Source of the DNA: Octopus sinensis
Lineage: Eukaryota
DNA length: 64,000 nt
Direction of reading: 5' to 3'
NCBI RefSeq assembly: GCF_006345805.1
Contig: NC_043005.1
Span: 99,386,001-99,450,000 of the forward strand
Part shown: positions 40,945-52,523 of the stretch, in pieces
Position numbering within the stretch: position 1 is the stretch's first letter
How the letters are laid out: each line of letters begins with the position of its first letter
The notes under the pieces: generated by a model
Databases searched by the model: none
Told to the model about the DNA's origin: nothing
What the model saw: only the letters and a program-made list of their open reading frames with translations
Translations under genes and position numbers: made by a program

Positions 40945-41640
40945 TGTTATATGAAAGTTACCACCATGTTACAGAAAAATATCCTTGTTTCAAACAAATA
41001 TTTCCTCAGTTGCTTTTTAGACGGAATAAAAATATAAGAGAACTATTAACCTCTACTTCTGACTCCAAGAAAATTAACATTGGAGTTTCTGCACGCTGTA
41101 CCTTGAAAACAGCTGCAAGAGAGGTAAACCTTGTTAATTGCCCAACAACGTGAGTCAAGTTAATTCCAACAGGAATCACAACATAAATCTTATGATTTAC
41201 ATGGAAGGTGAGATGTGTAGAGATTCCCATTTGGTGTACATAGAAAATGACTTGAAAGTGACATATTCTCAGAAAATATTCTGCTACACTTCCAGTACTC
41301 AAAATGCATGAGGAGAAATATGATTGTAAGTTATTAACATCATGCCCTAGAGGAATGAATAAAATGACAGGAGAATTTCATCATATTTACACAAAACTGT
41401 TTGATTAAATATTCTTCTTTTTCATTTTTGCTTTTTTCTTTTTTACTTTGTTTTTCCTTTTGCCAGTAGTAATCTTGAAATTTGAAGAGTGGTAATGTCA
41501 TTCCATCAATATGGGGACACTTGTTGCCCTCGTTCACATTTTGTATTTGAATTTCTATCATTTTGAATTTTTATGTATCACTTTTCATTTTGAACTTGAC
41601 AAACACACACTAGTTGGTGAAATATTGTTCAACCAATAAA
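40945..41640 (+). pseudogene. Decayed Penelope-like element 3' region (RT/GIY-YIG linker) with degenerate hammerhead
   Basis: KQIFPQLLFRRNKNIRELL resembles the PLE 'IFP.PP..AFRRNKNL.D.L' linker; 41590-41632 reads ttgaac-TTGACAA...GAAATATT-gttcaa. Confidence 0.5.
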
Positions 41641-41984
41641 ATATCTATTGCAATTGCATTGCATTCTTCGTCTTGCCTATTTACCTTTGTGAAGAGTTAC
41701 ATCAATCCTTTTAAAATATTATTATTATTATCATTCAGTTGTTTTATTTTTATATCGTGCTTTCACTTCACTACTGGGCGCAGCTCTGTGTGCCTTGGGT
41801 ATGTGCTGTGATTTGTTGTGATTCTCTGATGGTTACTGTATTGAAAATGTTTTGCGTTGGATGTGTGCAGTGCCTAGTAGTGCAATTTTATGTATGTTAT
41901 ATGTGTTTGTAAGTCCTGGTGTTTTGGTTATGTATTTGTCTATTATTATTGTTATTATTATATTATTATTATTATTATTATCAA

Positions 41985-42185
41985 GGTGGTGAGCTATCAG
42001 AATCATTAGTGCACTGGGCAAAATGCTTAGTTGTTATGTTCTGAGTTCAAATTCTGCCAGAGTCAACTTTGCCTTTCATCTTTTTGGGGCCGATGAAATA
42101 AGCATCAGTTGAGCACAGGGGCTAACATAACCAACTGTCCCCTCCCCCAAATTTCAGGCTGTGTGCCTGTAATAGAAAGGATTAT
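41985..42185 (+). mobile_element. SINE family A (tail type 2)
   Basis: Same head, core and tail as the 40706 copy. Confidence 0.8.
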
Positions 42186-42787
42186 CATTATTATCAATAT
42201 TATTAATAATAATAATTATTATTGTTGTTGAAATTGATGGGAAAGTCATGGTTTATCTTGGTTCAATAAAATTTTTTGAATATTTCAAATCTTTTACCTG
42301 GATTGGAATCTACTTGGCTTGAAATTTTTTCACTTATATAGAGAAATGAACCCACTGTTTACTGTGAGTTTTTTTGTTTTGCTTGATTCTCCCCTCACAC
42401 CGGGGGTAGGGGGGTGTTTGTTGCCTTTTAAATTTTGTCATGCCAAATTTTCAATTTTCTTGAAAAAATAACACAGGCTCCTTTGGAGACATCTGAATAA
42501 TCACTGGAGAGAAATATAATGCACAGGGAGTGAAAAGTATTAAGTTAAAACAACCAAGAGAAAATCAACAATAAAACGAAACATCCATAAGAACAACGGA
42601 AATTGCATCAGCATCAGCAGATGTAGAATAAACAACACGGAGAATGTCGGGAGCAGCAGAGAAAACTAGAACAAGAGAAGTAGTAGCAGTAATATCAACA
42701 ACAAAACAAAAGCACTTCAGTGGCAATAACAGCAACAAGACTATCAGATGTCCTCAGAACAATAACAGAGCCCACAAACAGATCTTG

Positions 42788-43086
42788 TGGAGGCACATGG
42801 CCTAGTGGTTAAAGCAGTGGACTGCGGTCAAGGGATCATGGGTTCAAATCTCAGACCAAGCGATGTGCGTGTTTATGAGCAAAATATCTAAGCTCCATGT
42901 GGCTTCAATAGAAGGTGATGGTGAACTTCTGCTGACTCTTTTGCCACAACTTTCTCTCACTCTTTCCTCCTGCATCTAGCGAGTCACCTGCAGCAGGCTG
43001 GCGACCCATCCAGGTGGGGGGGAACTTATATGCCAATGAAACCGGGAAACTGGCCCTTATCAGCCAGGCATGGCTCAAGAAGGAAC
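42788..43086 (+). mobile_element. SINE family C variant with a different 3' body
   Basis: TGGCCTAGTGG A box, GGTTCAAATC B box; diverges from the 6643 copy after ~170 bp. Confidence 0.75.
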
Positions 43087-43398
43087 AAACAACAACAACA
43101 TCAACAACAAACAGATCTTATCGTAAAGGAAATATTTCAGCAATACCTTTCCTGCCAAACTGCAGAACAGCTGCACGCTCAGTATCAAACTCATATTCCT
43201 CCCCAACTATCAGGGAACATGGCCCAAAGTAAATACCAGTAAAATCAAAGAGGTACTAAATGCTCCCCGAGATTACAACACACTTGTACCATTACCAGAA
43301 CAAAAACAACAACAAAAACAATAGACAAGATAGTAAGCAGAAATTATAAACACAACCACAATTATTAAAGATAAAATAAAACTTTGCTCACAACATAT

Positions 43399-43580
43399 AG
43401 GCACAGGAGTGGCAGTGTGGTAAGTAGCTTGCTTACAAACCACATGGTTCTGGGTTCAGTCCCACTGTGTGGCACCTTGGGCAAGTATTTTCTATTATAG
43501 CCTCGGGCCAACCAAAGCCTTGTGAGTGGATTTGGTAGACAGAAATTGAAAGAAGCCCTTCGTATATATGTATATGTATG

Positions 43581-43626
<46 letters not shown>

Positions 43627-43855
43627 GTGTGTGTGTGTGTGTGTGTGTTTGTTTGTGTGTCTGTGTTTGTTCCCCTAACATCGCTTGACAACCGATGCTG
43701 GTGTGTTTATGTCCCCATAACTTAGCGGTTTGACAAAAGAGACTGATAGAATAAGTACTAGTCTTACAAAGAATGAGTCCTGGGGTCAATTTGCTTGACT
43801 AAAGGCGGTGCTCCAGCATGGCTGCAGTCAAATGACTGAAACAAGTAAGAGTAAA
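43399..43855 (+). mobile_element. SINE family B, full length
   Basis: Complete organisation. Confidence 0.92.
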
Positions 43856-44229
43856 ACATCAGCAACAACCCAGCACACAAAAGCAGTGCTCTTGTATCAG
43901 ATTAACTTCACCGTTATTCGTTTTTGATGAATTAATGGAAGAAGTGATGAACAATAAAAATATTTACTCAAGTGGAAGAGAATTTAGAAAGCTCTTCCCC
44001 ACCAGCTTAATAATAAAATTGACTTAGAAACTTGCAGATGCCTAAAGATGCAGTGTTTGGCTTTTTATAGAAAGGAATCCAACCATTACATCAAAAAACA
44101 TCAATTTGATGTTTTCCCCTTAAGAAAGGCCAGGATGAGTAAACACTCCATTTTCCTTCTCTGCAAATATAGCTGTACTCAGAGTTACGAGTATAAATGC
44201 ATGCAATTTAGGATCAGCTTGAAAGCAAG

Positions 44230-44583
44230 GTCACTTGTTCTATGGCCTAAGGTTGCTTGACATATTTGTGTTAGCCATTAGTAAGACCAAGATGCCTGGA
44301 GTGCAACGGCTCACATCCTTTTTCAACAATCATGGACAAGGAAAGCAGTATTCTTCTGTCTGGTGGCTATAGAAAAAGTGGTAGCATTGTGGACAAGGTT
44401 GAAAGGTCTGAAGACAGAGTCTTTCCTCTCTGGTAGAGCTGTCGTGGACTTTTTTAGTTTCACTTGAAAAAGACGGTAAGAATGAAGAGAGAGAGAGAGA
44501 GAGAGAGAGTATATTTATTCAAAAGAGGTGAGAATGGTGAAAATGGCATGAATAGATGGCACCACCCTATGTATAGACCTGTA
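44230..44583 (+). pseudogene. Old Tx1-clade LINE C-terminal fragment
   Basis: Reads AVFFCLVAIEKVVALWTRLKGLKTESFLSGRAVVDFF, aligning with AIFIILVAMAKECIWWTRLKGLETNTFLSGQSLINFF of the 50-51 kb element; internal (GA)n expansion. Confidence 0.75.
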
Positions 44584-45660
44584 AATTGGAAAACAAAAAC
44601 CAAAGAGAGAACATTTGTCCTTCGTGTCCAGGGAAGTTTTGGATCTGTGGGATTCTTTGATTGGCACACTAGATGGAGGTCCCTCAGCATCAGGGGGACG
44701 GCATTGCCCTCTTTCATTATTTGTGTACCATCTATACTTGAAGTTCATGGATTATTTTTCTCATTCCATTTTCTGTATAAATTCCAATAATTTATGTATG
44801 TCTTTGTGCTTGTCCCATTTTCCCAGTGCCCTGCTGGCAAATAAAAGAATTCATCACCCTTATTATTATTATCATTATTAGAAATTTGTAATTATTTTAC
44901 CTTTTATGATTTTTGAAGCTTGGGGAAGAAAATAATTTTGATGCAATAAGCAGCTTAAAATTTTTGTTTTCTGAATTTTCATTTCAATTTCAAAATATAC
45001 CAATCATGTCAGGTTTTGGTCATTTCTGGGGGAATTTTTTTTTCTTTCATTGTTATAGACATTTAATTGTTCTTCCTTTTTTTTTTCACTTTTCCTATTT
45101 CTGTGTGTGTGTGTGTGTGTGTGCATGCATGTGATTTTTAAATGTGTGTGTCTATAGATTTTGCATATTTGTTAAAGACATACTACTATAACTGGTTAGA
45201 AGAACAACTGTAATAATCTGTTAAAATAAAATAAAATAGAAGCAAGGAATGAAAGTTTAATAAGAGGTTAATGTTACACATTGAATAGAAATGAAATAGC
45301 AAATCCACCAACAGCCAGGATTATCAAAACAGTTTTAAGCCTCAGAGAAAACAGAAATAACGACAATTTAAAAAGAAAAATAAGCAAGTTCCAAGTACAT
45401 TTCTTGAAAAAGTTTTTGCGAAATAAATGTTCATATTTTCAATTTTAAAGTTCAGTTCCTTATCTGCCTTAGGGTGGTGAACATCATATAAAACAAGAGG
45501 TAGGGTATCAATAAAAAAAAGTCGAGCATATTAGTTCAATCCCTGACTGGAATTCATTTCATAATTTTCCTCTGCTGTTTCTAAAGACATTGGAGAAAAG
45601 CAAGAATATCTTATGACCCCATTGGAGAAAAGCAAGAATGTCTTCTGACTTAAGTGAATT

Positions 45661-46030
45661 GCGTCCCCAAAGTCCTCCTCACCGTGGTGGGGATGCTGGC
45701 AACGGGTAGTGTCAGAGCTATGCCGTTGGGAACTTCAGTTCCTGGTAAGGCCACCGAAGGCTGATTGGTCTGACACGAGTGGTTTTAGGGCCACAACCCG
45801 GCAGACGGGGCTCTGGTGAAAATCCTTGGAGTGTATGTTTCGGCAACTAGCGGCTCCTCGGTCATTCTGTCCCTGCGTCTGCAGACAATCTGCGGCAAAC
45901 AGGATGTCTCTACATGCGGGATTGTTGGGGACCGCTTGTGAAATCCACAGATTCCCACGAAACTTATTCCATGGTAGAAGCAGCCGACTCAACCCGCCCA
46001 GGGTGAATGATGCCACAAGTAGTTATGTGA
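45661..46030 (+). other. Unassigned GC/CpG-rich segment with several hairpins
   Basis: Abrupt compositional step; stems gcgtcccc/ggggatgc, caacgg/ccgttg, ggaac/gttcc. Confidence 0.45.
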
Positions 46031-46474
46031 ATAGAGTTTAACATCCAATCAAAATATGTCCTCATTATTATCTGTTTAACAACCTTGTATCCAAGTTGCA
46101 TGGATCACAGGAAATTCATCGAAGTTTATTTTTTGTAGCTGGATGCTCTTCCTGTTGCCAACCCTCATCTATTTCCAAGTAAGGTAATGTTTCCCTTAGT
46201 CTGGCCATGAAAGACAAACAAATAATATCAGTTTTGTATGAGCAGCGGCTTTGTCATTATAATTAGTGAATGATGGCAAGACAAGCAGATAAAACACACA
46301 CATTCACTCACACAAACACCGCACACACAACCACAAACTCACACGGGAGGATTAAATCCACTCACAAAAGGCCATGCAGTTGGAGTAATGTGGTTGGGAG
46401 GTAAACTTCCTTCTCGACAGCCATGCCTATCTATAATATATGCATAATACACGTGTAATATTTGCATAATATAT

Positions 46475-46644
46475 GCGTAGGAGTGGCTGTGTGGTAAGTA
46501 GCTTGCTCATGAACCACATGGTTCTGGGTTCAGTCCCACTGTGTGGCACCTTGGGCAAGTGTCTTCTGCTATAGCCTCGGGCTGACCAAAGCCTTGTGAG
46601 TGGATTTGGTAGACAGAAACTGAAAGAAGCCCGTCGTATATATG

Positions 46645-46705
<61 letters not shown>

Positions 46706-46893
46706 TTGTCCCCCCAACATCGTTTGACAACCGATGCTGGTGTGTTTACGTCCCCATAACTTAGCAGTTCAGCAAAACAGACCGATAGAATAAGTACTAA
46801 GCTTACAAAGAATAAGTTCTGGGGTTGATTTGCTTGACTAAATGCAATGCTCCAGCATGGCCACAGTCAAATGACTGAAACAAATAAAAGAGT
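46475..46893 (+). mobile_element. SINE family B, full length
   Basis: Complete organisation. Confidence 0.92.
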
Positions 46894-46976
46894 ATATATA
46901 TATATATATATACATACATAATACCTGTAGAATACTTACATAATATATATTATATATAATATATAATATGTATATA

Positions 46977-47801
46977 CGAGGGGGTATCCAAAAGAAACTG
47001 GAATTTTGCAATATTCTTCTATTCACATGTTTGTACTTTTATCACCGTCAAAGAATTATCCATTTGAAGCAATGTACCGGTCCAAGCACATTTGCCACTC
47101 TTGCAAAGTGATACCTTTTAATGCCTCCATCGTTGTTTTTCTCACTTCTTCCATCATCAGTGATGACCTTCAAAAAAGGTCTGGATCAACTTCCAACTGT
47201 TCTTTCAACCCAGGACCTACACTCAGTCAAGATTGCTTTCGATCTTCCATGAGAAAGCAAAACACAAATTTTGCTGCAACTCCTTTCATTTGCAATTCCT
47301 TACACAAAACTCATTGACAAGAGCTTCAAGACACACCAGTCATATCAACTAGTTTATCAATCATTAGGTGACAGTCCTCCAAGATCAGTTCATGAATTTT
47401 TATGATGTCGTCATTTGTTTGAGAGGTTGATGGTCGTCCTGAACGAGGTTGGTCTTCAAGTGACAAGTGGCCATTCCTTAAGCATGGAAACCTCTTGTAA
47501 GCTTGTGTTTCACTCATGGCAGCATCCTTGTAAGCTGTTTGAAGTATGACAACTGCTTTCCCCTGCAGAAAACAGAATTTATGGAAGCATGCTGTTCCTT
47601 CATTTCAGACACCGCAAAAATCGATGAACAGGGGAAAAATACTGCAAAACAAAGATACACCATGTGGTAAAATAGCCCGACCTGCCTGTCGGCAGACTGA
47701 TGCCTGAGGGTTGCGTCAAGTGGTTTGTAGTGGCAGAAGCCTGAACTACAACAGGCTTGTCCCACAGTAAACGTATCCATTTACTTTTGGGTACTCCCTC
47801 A
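46977..47801 (-). mobile_element. Internally deleted mariner element with both TIRs and TA TSD
   Basis: TA|CGAGGGGGTATCCAAAAG ... CTTTTGGGTACTCCCTCA|TA; minus strand encodes HTH region LEDQPRSGRPSTS...ELILED. Confidence 0.88.
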
Positions 47802-47849
47802 TATATATATTTATATTCAAATATACATTACTAAGATGGCAGCAAAGTG

Positions 47850-48400
47850 CAAACAACTGTCCTTCAAGACAAGAGACCAAAATACTAATTTGACCCTGTG
47901 GAGAACCTTTGTTCTCAGCCATCTGGACAACTTCTCCTAGTTATGGTCACCACCTAGTGCCAAACTAACAGTAGAGCTAGAGGCAGTCCAATGCCACCAC
48001 TGGTTGACATAGTGCAGTGCATGAGCTACAGGGATAGGCTGAGAAAACTGCAACTTTACTCCCTGGAGCAAAGGCATGAGAGATATGCAATAATCTACAT
48101 ACAGAAAACTCTAGAAGGGCTAGTACCTAATTTCAGCACTGAGTGTTATACAAATGCTAAAACTGGCTGCTGTTGTATTGTACCAAAGGTACCATACACT
48201 CCATCTAAATTCAGGACCAGGTACCGCAATAGTCTAGAGTTCATACCCTACTACAAAAATTAAAAAATCTGCATAAGGTGGAAGTAGATATCTTCAAAAA
48301 GGAACTAGATATCCTCCTCTCCATAATACTGGATGAACCAACAGCCTGAGATGTGGGGCAGATGAGGGCAGTGGAATACCTTCATACACCAAATGGGTCA
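47850..48400 (+). pseudogene. Decayed CR1-group LINE C-terminal fragment
   Basis: MSYRDRLRKLQLYSLEQRHERYAIIYIQKTLEGLVPN parallels LYSLQRRRERYII of the 10-13 kb LINE. Confidence 0.8.
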
Positions 48401-49286
48401 TACACCAGCTGAGAGAAAAGCATATACAAGAGTGGTGATGTGAAATGCCCCAGACTGAAGAAATCAGAAAGACCCCATGACTGCAGCTGTATGGCTGAAA
48501 CAAGTAAAAGAATAAACACACACACACACACACGTGTGTGTGTGTGTGTGTCATGTGTAAATGTAAGAGTCTGTGTATGTGTGTTTGCATGCTCATGTGT
48601 GGACATTTTTACGTGTATACATTTATAAATTTAATTATATGCAAGTAAAATAGACCAAGAATAATAAAATTTGTCTTGGCTGAAGTTTCTCCACCCACCT
48701 CTCACTCTGGTTGTGTGTGTGTGTATATGTATGCTTGTAAATATATATATATATGGAAGTGCGTACGTGAGTTCATATGCATCTACACATGTACGATACA
48801 TGGCTGTTGCTGCTTGTACTGTTTGCAGTAACTTCAAGCCTGCAGCTCAATTACTCCATCATAAGATACAACACTGCAGCCACAACAGCCGCAGTTGTCT
48901 GCTTTATATTACACTAACTTGTACTGTTTCATAACATTAAATATACATTAGATTAATATCTGTGCTATGTATGTATAATTCTGGGTGTGCTTATAAGCAA
49001 TGTACATAGAGTTAGTGAGTATTTATGTCTTGCAAATTTTGTTTGGATTTGTGTGTATCTGCATATGACACGTGTGTGTGTGTGTGTGTGTGTGTGTGCA
49101 ATGTATGTATGTCCTTCATGTATTTGATCATAAATAAATTAATATGTTTTATATATATTACATATGCTATAAATATTAGATAGGATTATGCATGTATGTG
49201 TATGTGAGTGCGTGCGTGCGCGCATATATACATATGCATATATATGTATATTTATACATGCATACATACATACATATATATGTACA

Positions 49287-49345
<59 letters not shown>

Positions 49346-49384
49346 GTGTGTATATATGTATGTATGTATATATATATATGTATG

Positions 49385-49425
<41 letters not shown>

Positions 49426-49667
49426 ATATATATATGTATGTATGTATATATATATATGTATGTATGTATATATATATATGTATGTATGTATATATATATA
49501 TGTATGTATGTATATATATATATGTATGCATGTATATATATATATATGTATGCATGTATATATATATATATGTATGTGTATATATATATATATGTATATA
49601 TCCATACATGGATAGAAAATAACATTGGGATATCACATGCTTTATATTTTATGTAAATATAATTCAT

Positions 49668-49830
49668 AGGCATGGCTGTGTGGTTAAGAAGTTTGCTTCC
49701 CAACCATGTGGTCTTAGTTTCAGTCCCACCGTTCAGCACGTTGGACAAGTATCTTCTGGTATATTCACAGTCCATCTAAAGCTCTGTCAGTGAATTTAGT
49801 AGATGGAAACTATAAGAAACCTGCTGTCAA
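49668..49830 (+). mobile_element. SINE family B, 5' half, running into (TCTA)n
   Basis: Head and core; no 3' half found beyond the Tx1 element. Confidence 0.7.
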
Positions 49831-49907
49831 TCTCTCTCTCCCTATCTATCTATCTGTCTGTCTATCTGTCTGCCTGTCTGTCGGTTTTTCTGTCTATCTG
49901 TCAACTG

Positions 49908-49945
<38 letters not shown>

Positions 49946-49955
49946 AATCTATCAT

Positions 49956-51305
49956 CTGGTCGGCGAGCTGGTCGGCGAGACACTGAAAAACTACGAAGCG
50001 GTGACAGGAGCGAAAATCAACCGGGAAAAGTCAGTGGGCTTGCGACTAGGCACTTGGAGAAGCAAGCCCATGCCGTCCACCAGCGCCTCCGTCGTGGGAC
50101 GCTGGACCGACGGCCCGGTTGAGTTGCTCGGGGTCTGGTTTGGTCCGGACCTCCAAGTGGAGAAGAACTGGAACGAGATAACGAGTAGGGTGGTCACTCT
50201 CGCCCGGCAATGGGCCGAGAGGAAACTGTCCCTAAAAGGTCGAGCGGAGGTGGCGAACACGTACATCGCGTCCGTCATCTACTACCGCCTGACCGTCGTA
50301 CCTTGTCCCGACCCTACCATCACCAAACTACAACGCATCCTCTTTCGCTTCTTGTGGAAAGGATGCGTCCCGATGGTCAGGCGATCCATTTGCTGTCAAC
50401 ACCCGTTAAAAGGAGGGCTGGGCATGCCGTGGTTGATGATGCGCAGACACGCGCTGAGACTGCGACATCTCTGGCTCTATGTAGACGACGGTGAACAGGT
50501 GTGGTCGCCGTTTGTGAGGCACGCTTTCCCGCAGCTCGTCTCCATGACCGAACTGCAGTCGTGGATCAAAAAGAGGCCGAGGAAGGGCGAATGGCACCGC
50601 GAGTGTCGCGTTGCTCTCAAGCAACTCTGCCGTCCTGGGTCGACCTTAAGTGACTTCAACACAACCAAAGCATTCTATAGGGGTTTAGTGGAGGGGAGGT
50701 ACGACGACGAGCTCGGGGCGAACCTGGACGTCAACGAGGAGTACCTGACCCGCCTGTTCGGGACGACTTTCGGGCCAGGGCCCATGGACAACTTCCAGAG
50801 ATCCCTGGCCTGGCAGTGCTACCGAGAAGCGCTACCCGTTCGGGATAAGCTCTACAGACACGGCTCGAGAAACACGGGGCCGACCTGCCCGAGATGCGGT
50901 CAGAGCGACGAAACCGTTCTGCACGCACTCGTTCAGTGTCCAACAATTTCCGACCTGTGGGCTTATGTCGAACAACTGCTGTCACGTGTGGGACGAGTCG
51001 GTTTATCAGCTGAGTCTATCGTCAATATTGTCACGCCTCCTTCCTTCAAACGGGAAGGAAGAGCTATTTTCATCATCCTTGTGGCTATGGCGAAAGAATG
51101 TATCTGGTGGACACGTCTGAAAGGATTGGAGACAAACACTTTCCTCTCTGGTCAATCTCTCATCAACTTCTTCAAGTACCACTTGAAAAGGAAAGTGAGA
51201 GTAGAGAGGCAAGTTTTGTCTAGCGAATGTTTTAAAAAAAGATGGGTGAATGTAGCAAGAATGGCACGTATGAATGACGAAGCCACCTTGAGCATAGTCC
51301 TATGA
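49956..51305 (+). CDS. Tx1-type ORF2 3' fragment (RT C-terminal part + zf-RVT-like Cys/His motif); no genuine start
   Basis: YEAVTGAKINREKS, LGVWFG, LSLKGRAEVANTYI, LFRFLWKG, GGLGMP, CPRCGQSDETVLHALVQC; 450 codons with no stop. Confidence 0.9.
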   Translation: MVGELVGETLKNYEAVTGAKINREKSVGLRLGTWRSKPMPSTSASVVGRWTDGPVELLGVWFGPDLQVEKNWNEITSRVVTLARQWAERKLSLKGRAEVANTYIASVIYYRLTVVPCPDPTITKLQRILFRFLWKGCVPMVRRSICCQHPLKGGLGMPWLMMRRHALRLRHLWLYVDDGEQVWSPFVRHAFPQLVSMTELQSWIKKRPRKGEWHRECRVALKQLCRPGSTLSDFNTTKAFYRGLVEGRYDDELGANLDVNEEYLTRLFGTTFGPGPMDNFQRSLAWQCYREALPVRDKLYRHGSRNTGPTCPRCGQSDETVLHALVQCPTISDLWAYVEQLLSRVGRVGLSAESIVNIVTPPSFKREGRAIFIILVAMAKECIWWTRLKGLETNTFLSGQSLINFFKYHLKRKVRVERQVLSSECFKKRWVNVARMARMNDEATLSIVL

Positions 51306-51702
51306 ACCCAGAAATCGAAAACAGAGAGTTGCTTATTTGCAAAAAAAAAAAAAAAAAAAAAAAGAAATATAAAATGTGACTTCATTGACCGAGGTTACCG
51401 TGGTCTTTTCCGCAGGCTTTTCTTTCCACGGGTAAACCTCACCTGTCCTCCCCTTTACACTTCATATTGACATTTCTGTGATAACGATCCCTATTGATCA
51501 TTTTTTTTTCCTCTCCCCCCCTTTTTTTTTTTTTTTTTTTTAACCCCCCTTATTTTTGTCCTCTTTCTCTCCTTTTACGATCCCTTTTGATCGAACCTCC
51601 CCCTTCCTTTTTTTTTTTTTTTTTAATACCTTCAAAAGAAAAGCTCTACCTTGTAATTTGTTCTATCTGTGTGCAGCCCTGTGTGGCTAATAAAGAAACA
51701 TA
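49956..51702 (+). mobile_element. Young 5'-truncated Tx1/L1-clade LINE in a (TCTA)n array
   Basis: Open ORF2 3' part, ~400-bp 3' UTR with internal A-run (~51341-51363), ending aataaagaaacata; (TCTA)n at ~49840-49955 and 51703-52072. Confidence 0.92.
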
Positions 51703-51712
51703 TCTATCTATC

Positions 51713-51743
<31 letters not shown>

Positions 51744-51793
51744 ATCTATCTATCTATCTATCTATCTATCATCTGTCTAGCTATCTATCTATC

Positions 51794-51826
<33 letters not shown>

Positions 51827-51926
51827 ATCTATCTATCATCTATCTATCTATCTATCTTTCTATCTATCTACCTGTCAACTGTCTATCTATCTATCTATCT
51901 ATATATATATATCTATCTGTCAACTG

Positions 51927-51959
<33 letters not shown>

Positions 51960-51989
51960 ATATCTATCTATCTATCTATCTGTCAACTG

Positions 51990-52070
<81 letters not shown>

Positions 52071-52072
52071 TG
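51703..52072. repeat. (TCTA)n array with ctgtcaa variants
   Basis: Tetranucleotide run; the same variant units occur 5' of the Tx1 element. Confidence 0.95.
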
Positions 52073-52089
52073 TCTAACTTGCTACAAGT

Positions 52090-52460
52090 TGGCATCTGTT
52101 TCATTAATATATGCAATAAAGAACAGATCTCCATGAAACTCCACGTGGCACTACACAGGGTCCGGAACGTTGTCTTATCTTCCTGACTAGCTCTTTTGAA
52201 CTGAGAATTAAGGATGTTAACCAGTTAAAAAGATTATCCCTTACACTCATTACAGAGGGCTTTGCCATTCGTTGCTTGAATGGCACAGAATTAAAGGCTT
52301 TGGTAAAATCGAGGTAAATAACACCAATCATGAACCAGCATCTGTGATTTGGGTGACATCTTCAAGAAATTCAACGAGTTAGCCACAGCAGCAGTTGAGG
52401 ATAAATTAAAATTTTGTGGTTCAAATAAGATTATGTTTTCCAGAGAGTCTCTTTCTGACA
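52090..52460 (-). pseudogene. Decayed CR1-group RT fragment
   Basis: IGVIYLDFTKAFNSVPFK...NWLTS on the minus strand. Confidence 0.75.
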
Positions 52461-52523
52461 CAAGACTCTGTGAGAATACACTGTTCTCTCTGTAGTAGTA
52501 CAGATGGTATTGTGCCTGTTTGG

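Noticed and set aside
49803-49955. N-terminal 51 aa of the 500-aa ORF (and the N-terminal ~50 aa of the 377-aa ORF at 22522-23655)
   Set aside because: In-frame read-through of SINE/microsatellite flank into 5'-truncated LINEs. Not real fusion genes without transcript evidence.
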